Assembly (NCBI GenBank): GCA_000934665.2 | Contig: JYFJ02000715.1 | Coordinates: 124,001 to 149,596 of the forward strand | From: Catajapyx aquilonaris | Lineage: Eukaryota | Direction of reading: 5' to 3' | Length of the DNA: 25,596 bases | Part shown: one piece after another, positions 18,806 through 25,596 of the stretch | Numbering within the stretch: the stretch's first letter is position 1 | Layout of the letters: the number at the start of each line of letters is the position of its first letter | Notes under the pieces: model-generated | Databases searched by the model: none | What the model saw: the letters and a program-made list of their open reading frames with translations, nothing else | What the model was told of the DNA's origin: nothing | Translations under genes and position numbers: made by a program

Positions 18806-21800
18806 GTTTTTGCAACTGGTTCATCACTCTCTCGTTAATATTAAACATGCTGGTACCCCCGGCAGTGTACAACACTGCGAGTGTAGGCTCAAACTGGTGA
18901 TATTTTCCTTTCCGGTGAAATCTGCTCGTGGTCATGGGAGAGGAGACAACATTGAGTTGGGGGTAACAATGGGATCGGGAGCCATTATTTGGCAAGCAAG
19001 TGTGCGTGACGGTTGGAGAGAGGCGGCCTTAGAAAAGGAGGAATAAAAGAAGAAGGAGGAGGATGCTGAGGGAAAAAGGGAGAGAGGCTTTTTTGGGGAT
19101 GTCTTTATTGGATCAATGGCATTTGCCATGTCAAGCGGGAATCCCTTCTTTTTCCATGGAATTGGCTCTGTCATGGTCTAAACCGAGACGAGTCCGGAGA
19201 CTGGGGACCTCCTCCTCCTCCAGCAGTCCCTCATGATGAGATTGGGCGTCTTCATCAAAGAGTGGAGGCTTGGACTGATTTCGAAGCTAGGAAATATTAG
19301 ATTAGAGCTTCCTGCCGGCCTCCTTGTTTGGTCAACTGGGCCAGCAGCCCATTACCTAGTGGCCCCGGCCCTCTGTTGTCGTTTTCACGGCCCGTCAGAG
19401 CCGCAGTTATTTGAGAAAGCAGTAGTCCTGATGAAGGCTAATGTTGTCAACCTCTTTGGTTTTTCATTAGGGCGACCGGATGGAGGGTGTCTGGACAAGA
19501 GGCCTCCGGATTCCCTGTGATCCGGAGGGATTGAGTTAGGGCCTCTCTTCGATGTTGCGGTAAATGTTGACTGTAGTGACAAATCGCAGGCCTCGCAGGC
19601 CCCTCTTTCCCCTTCCTACCAGGATTGATTGGCATAAATGAAGCGGAGTTAACTCGCTTTTTTGACGTCGACCCCCCCGATGGTCAAGCGTCCATAAGGA
19701 CAGCTCTTGTCGTGTTAGCAAAATTATCGCGCTTCAATTAGTCTCGCGTTTGATAGCCAAGCTTTAAAAAGGCACTGTCATTTTTTAAAATTATACACAT
19801 GGGTGACCTCAGAGTAAGGTGGTCAGCTGCCATTCAGATGCAATCTAAAAGCTGAAATTGGCTGAAGTGATCCAATTATTCAGCCTGACGCCATATGTGT
19901 AGGACAAGCTGGAAAAAAAGAGAGAAGCTGAGTGCTTACGACGCATGTTCAATTTACCATCAACATTACTAATCGCATTTGTGCAATGATATCTGACTAT
20001 TTGTTAATTTGCTCTCTAGTTGACACAACGACTTGTTAATGGCCTTCTTCATATGTCAGAAAATGACATTATTTCGCTGCAGTTTCATGAAAGGGCACAC
20101 TGGCGCATTGAGGTTTTTGGTTGGGGTGGTGTCTGCGGGTTGTCGTAGAGCATGGAAGGGGGAGCCTTGCTAGTTAGGTTTATGAATTCCGGGATGGTGT
20201 CCGCAGAAAGAGCAGTATGAGGGAAGGGTCCAGAGGGAGCTATGAGTTGGGAGGTGGAATGATGGTTGGGGATGGGAGGGAAAGGGATAGGGAGGGAGTG
20301 TCATCCGTCTGTCAGGCGAGAGCCAGGACTGCCCCAAGAGTCCATTAGGCGAGCACTCGCCAGTTAATAGGTCCTCGCCCCATGCTGGCCTTTTCCTGCC
20401 GTCACCCCACCGAAACTAGGTCTAACCTAGTTAAATGCAACCGAAGGCTCGAAATCGGTGGCGTCATCTGGGGGGGAATATGTAGTTAGGAGACGCCTCC
20501 GAGCGATGGCGTTCCGGTCGATGCACGCTGCTCTAGTAGTCAAAATTGATCTACCAAATGTATGAAACAAAAAAAAATGCACAAATAGGTAAGAAAAGTA
20601 GTGATAGCAAACAACCATCAAGTGGGTTAAAATGATTCGTCTCACATACTAAATGATTAAAACGTACATTACAGGGATTGAATCTAATTTCCGTGGCTTC
20701 CAGTCCTGTCCAGAGGCTGCATTAGTAGGCATACATGTGTGGACGTCAAAAGTGCCACTTTATGATCAAAAGGGCCATCACATTGCAATCCCCCCCCAAA
20801 AAATAAGTGCTAAATTTCATGTGGCAGCATGAGCGAGAGGCGAGTTTTCTGAATAAAACCTCTTGCAACCAGCCAACCTCCGAGAGTAATCAATCAGATC
20901 CAACCCTTTTCAATGTAAGAGGGGGTGGAAAGTGTCTGTATATGTAAAGCCTCTCTTCCTCCCCCCCATTCCCTCCATGGAATCATAATAAAAATTGCCC
21001 TCCTTTCAGGGTCACATGTGCTGGAAGAACTCTTCTCCGCAGCTGAACCTGACATTCAAATTGATAACCTCCCCGCTGTCTCTCCCTCCGTATTTTTGAC
21101 TTTGACCAAAATTTTAGGGGCCAACCCCCTCCAACCCACAAAAGAGTCTTTTTTTGACTATGGGAGAGTTATTACACGTGATTGATTGGACAGAATGTTT
21201 GGAAATAAAAAGACACACACACAGACATGGGGGAGCAGGAAAAACATCGTTGATGTGTGGGGGGGGGGGGAAGGGGGGCAGGGGAATGTTATTAAAACCT
21301 TTTCAGCTTGAAAGTGCGATATTTCTGCTTTCCATCCGCATTACTTCCACTTTCACGCGCGCTTTCATTAACTCGAAAGAAAATGTATTACTGCTGCTCT
21401 GCCAGGACTTTGACAAATTACTAATGAAGAGCAACTATTATTAGCTCAGCACTCATTTGCTTCCCCCCAACACCTTTTGAATCTAAGTATTGGTTCTTGA
21501 CACATACTTTAGAGGAGTTGTTTAACTGAAGCACTTTTTTGGAATATTACTACAGTACCCACTTTTCAAAATGTAGGCGACGACCTCTGCCCCTCCACTC
21601 CCCCACCAGAGATCCTGGCATCGATTGGTAAAAATTGTACGTGTTCAGTTAGACAACGTTTCTGAATTTCCTTGTTAAGCAATCAGGAGATTTGTACAGG
21701 AAACTCGGTACTTGTTAATTTAATATTACAGAGTCGAGACGAACGAAGTTAGAGTGATCCAGTATACATATCTGTGCCAAGTGAGAGCCCACAAGACTCC

Positions 21801-24800
21801 GTCTCCTCACCTTTGAGAAACATTAAGCAGCGTCGTGTAATCCCCCCCCCTTAATTGCTCATAAAATTACCTGCGGCTCAACTACATCTCTAAGACTGTT
21901 CCTGCAAGCATTAATCTCGTTGGTCGCTAATAATCTTCCTTTACATTGCGCGGGAATCTGTTTACGGAGTTACTTTGTCGCCGTTGGGATGTGCAATAAT
22001 ATGATTAAACCCAGTGGGAGGGGCGAAGATTTTCTTCTGACGAAGGAAGAGGGGGAGGAGTAATGATAATATTATATAAAAAAAAAGAGAGCACCACCCG
22101 CTGTAATTATGTTCGTTAGAGGTGTTCACGCTGTGCTGGGTCATTAGGTGACAAGGGTTAGGTCGCTTCAAGGAGCCTTACATGCTTCAGGGAGTTTGCC
22201 TCAGAACCAAACCCAAGTTTTCCTTACTGCCAATGAACCAAGGTAACGACGTATTGTTGCAATGGAAAGGGATCGTTACTGTATAAGGAAGGATGAAGTT
22301 TTCGGACAGTTTCTGCGAATTCCTTCTCTTCTGTATGTGTGCGTCTGATGCTGGAGATTGGATCCCTCGAGAGAGAGAGAGAGAAACCTTGTGGAAAAGG
22401 TAAAGAGGGAATCTCAATCCGTCTTGGCTTCGTCTTTGTGCAAACTTTGAGGGTGGGGGGGTATTAAAGGGGGTAAACTTTATTCATGGGGTCCTTCTCT
22501 ACCCCACCCCCCACCTCCCACAGTCCTGAGCAATTTCGAAGGGGAGACATGGAAACTCCACTGAATTGTTTCAGGTTGATTGCATTTTCTTTTCTGGAAA
22601 GGAAAATATAATGGTTTCGAGGTTCTTGCAATCGATTCCGCTCCAGATGAAACCCACAGATCAGTGATTCCGTCGCTGATGGTTGGATGCTGGAAGGGTA
22701 GAGGGTGATGGTGGTTGGGGGGGAAAGGGAGAGGATTTTTAAATAAAAAAACGAGTCAATTATTACTGATGAATTGGTCAGCGCTGCGTGAATTCTAGGC
22801 TGCTGATATAATTAATAGACAACACATTCGGCGATCAAATAGCCGCCAGATCTCGTTAATTTGAACGGGGACGGGTAAGTTTACATTGAGGGGAAAAATG
22901 TACTGAACCGATGATGGCGACAAAGTGCACAAATAATTTAATCTCGTAATGGGCACGGCTGTATATATAGTGTTTTCATGATGCTGACCGATTTTTTTCC
23001 CCCCACAAAGTACTGTTGTTTTCGCCAGACCTGGAAAAAAAACCGTGTCAAAAACACTGACATGTTTATAATTGATATCAGTGAGCACCAGTGGGATTAA
23101 GGATTTAAACATTTAGTATACACTCTTATTCAATATATTATGAGACTCCACTAGGAGTACAGTTTTAAAAATACATCAAAGATACTTTAGCAGCGGACAG
23201 TTGTTCATATGTAGAATGTTTCAAAATGAATCAAACTTCTGAACGTCCTTGAGCTTGTTCTATAATACTACTGTACGAAACATTACGAAACACCCTATGT
23301 ATCATGTCTCGAAATCCAGTCGAAGGTTTTTGTGTCTGGCTTTTCTTGTTGTGTCTCATGATAATTTATTAAAGCGACTCATGTACTTAGAAAAGTTTCA
23401 TGCTGGCCTGTGCTTTTTTGTTTCTTCAAATAATTTTGCAAGTGAGCAGAACCAAGTACTTACCTTTTATATCCGATCAAATAAAAGTAGCCCAGTTCAT
23501 ATAAGTACTGTGGCTCTGTATAATATACACGGGGCTGCAAAACATTATCACGCTCCGCAGCTTTTATTAATAAACAGGAAAGGCTGAGTTGAGCTCAGGT
23601 TTCGGGACGAGTCGACAAGATAGTTTGCTAAAGACCTTCCTCCCCCCCGTGTTTTGCTTTATCAGCCGAAAATTTTCCTCCTAGACGAGGCGATAATACT
23701 GTGGGATTAGCAAGTTAGCCCACCCCCACAATAGAGTGAGAGGTACATGAGCGTGCATATTTGTCCGTACGGTTGAAGAAACTTGGGCCTAAACTTGCCG
23801 AGAGAAAGCTGCACCTCTCGACCTGTACACTGTGTACTACAGGGTGATGCACTGCCCAAGTTTATGTATAACAAACATGAACCAGCTGGACCGGGCTGTG
23901 TTGACTGCACGTTTTAATAAATTAATCGGACGCTCATCTTCTGTAGGCCTCACTGGCTAAACGGGAACGTTAGCGCAGTTTAATCACGAATTTGGAATCT
24001 TTCCTTAATTTACGACCCTGTTTGGACCCCCCCGAAAAACAAACTTGTCGATGGCAGCAGCTAACAATTAATGGTGGGCAGTTAAACAAGCCAGCGGCGA
24101 TTTTTGGGAGAGGCGTGACCTGAACTACCACCCCCACCCCCCCTTCCAACATATACACATGCATGTTGTGTGATGCAACAGTTGCTCGCAAATATCCAAT
24201 CCATATAGCCCTGAATGGGCTGATGAAAAAGTACAGGGTGTTCAGTAATCTTCTCATTATTCCGCATGTGACAGTTGAAACAGATCACTGCACACTGATA
24301 TTCATCCATTATACATACAAGGATGGGTCTTAAGTGGTTATAGGAATACATTTTTTTCCCCTCCAACTGATAGATGCACGTAAATGACCCGTAACATCAA
24401 GGGAAGGAACAAAAGTGGTCCTCATGGCCCGTCAGGAAAGATTCGCCCCCTCCCCACACGAAATGGGTGGGTTTTTGCGGGTTCCCAACTGAGGGGGGGG
24501 GGGGGGGAAGACACCCTTTTCAAGGCGGTGGGGNCACTCATTTCAAGGCGGTGGGGTGGCCTTCATAATGAGATGGAAATCATTTTTCGTGATCATCGCA
24601 CCGTGGCTTCCTTCTCAGCTGGGATCCATCTCCTTTTTCCTCTTTCCGCCCGCGAAGTTTTATCTGCAGATTGCCGACAGATTATGATTGGGAGAGAGGG
24701 GGGGAATACCCGCATGGCTTTGATGGACTCCCACCTTTTCCTCTCTTTTTTTTGGTCTCCCCCCAGCATTTTAAGGAGATGTTGTCACTTAAGGGAGCGC

Positions 24801-25596
24801 ACGTGTCGGTAATAAGCCTAATTCAGCTTCATTAATTAGCGAGCGGATTATTTAGTGAGAGGAAGAGGATTTGAGGCATGGGGGGAAAAAAATTCCAAGG
24901 TGTTTTGTCTAAGAAAAACTACTCGGAACATTGTCATTTGGTCTGTGACAAAATTGACCTAAATCATGAATCTCCGAGGTTCTTTAATTCATATTTTTTT
25001 TAAAGAGAAAAATGTGCCTCCATAAAAATAATGGGTCACTCCTGTCTCTGTTTTGCTGGCAAGGGTTCATCTGCTGCATTACAAGGCATCATTACTGTGG
25101 GGGGCCAAGGAAATGACGCTGATCTGTCTCTGCAAGGACCAAGGCAGGCAATTTTCTAAAGAGCCGCAAGAAAATAAGCTCCTCGCGACATCTGCTGCGA
25201 TTTCAACAATAGCATTTCTCGTTTTTTTTTTTTTTTTGCATATAGTCATCAGGTGGGCTGGCACACAAAAAATAGGGAAGAAACCATTACTTTGAATATA
25301 TATTTTTTTTGTTGCAAGGGTCCCCGTCTCCAGGGGGGGAAAAAGGCTTGATTTGAAGGGATCCTTGCAAAAGCCCGTGAGATTAATTCCCTGAGACGAA
25401 GATCGTTAATTAAACCGCGAGCGGTTTGCATCGCCCACGTTGGCAGAATCCCTACGATTGCAGCGATGTGTTCTGTTAATGTCCCGTCAAGGCCTCCCCC
25501 GGATTAATGCTGGTAGGGATTGTAATGAGGCTTGTGCTTAACGGAGAAAAGATGCGCGCACCAGACGCCATAAAAATAAGAACCTTTCGTCTCTTT

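Noticed and set aside
18810..19721. Cluster of 60-95-aa ORFs
   Set aside because: No recognisable motifs or consistent exon chain; compatible with chance ORFs.
24512..24556. 22-bp near-identical direct repeat flanking a single N, inside a 142-aa ORF
   Set aside because: Looks like an unmerged contig overlap at an assembly gap; the ORF spans poly-G and the N and has no protein-like features.

Overview
Eukaryotic (invertebrate animal, probably arthropod-like) genomic DNA with GT-AG introns, many only 54-71 nt. The left half holds three spliced genes. (1) A 5'-truncated + strand gene of at least 857 aa: a long coiled coil followed by a basic Ser/Pro-rich tail, an architecture reminiscent of a synaptonemal-complex transverse filament protein (identity unproven). 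(2) A complete secreted adenosine deaminase ADA2/CECR1/ADGF gene (- strand, 5 exons, 502 aa). (3) A complete NUDT9 ADP-ribose pyrophosphatase gene (- strand, 2 exons, 279 aa). Upstream of NUDT9 is a perfect 48-bp palindrome made of two RFX X-boxes, followed by a possible micro first exon of a divergent gene. The large introns and 12.3-18.8 kb are crowded with non-autonomous DNA transposons: a 900-bp mariner fold-back built from two 3' ends, several MITEs, and a ~2.2-kb Helitron-like element with nested TIR elements. 19-25.6 kb has no convincing coding sequence. No CRISPR array, RNA gene or prokaryotic system was seen. All analysis was by eye; no database searches were run.
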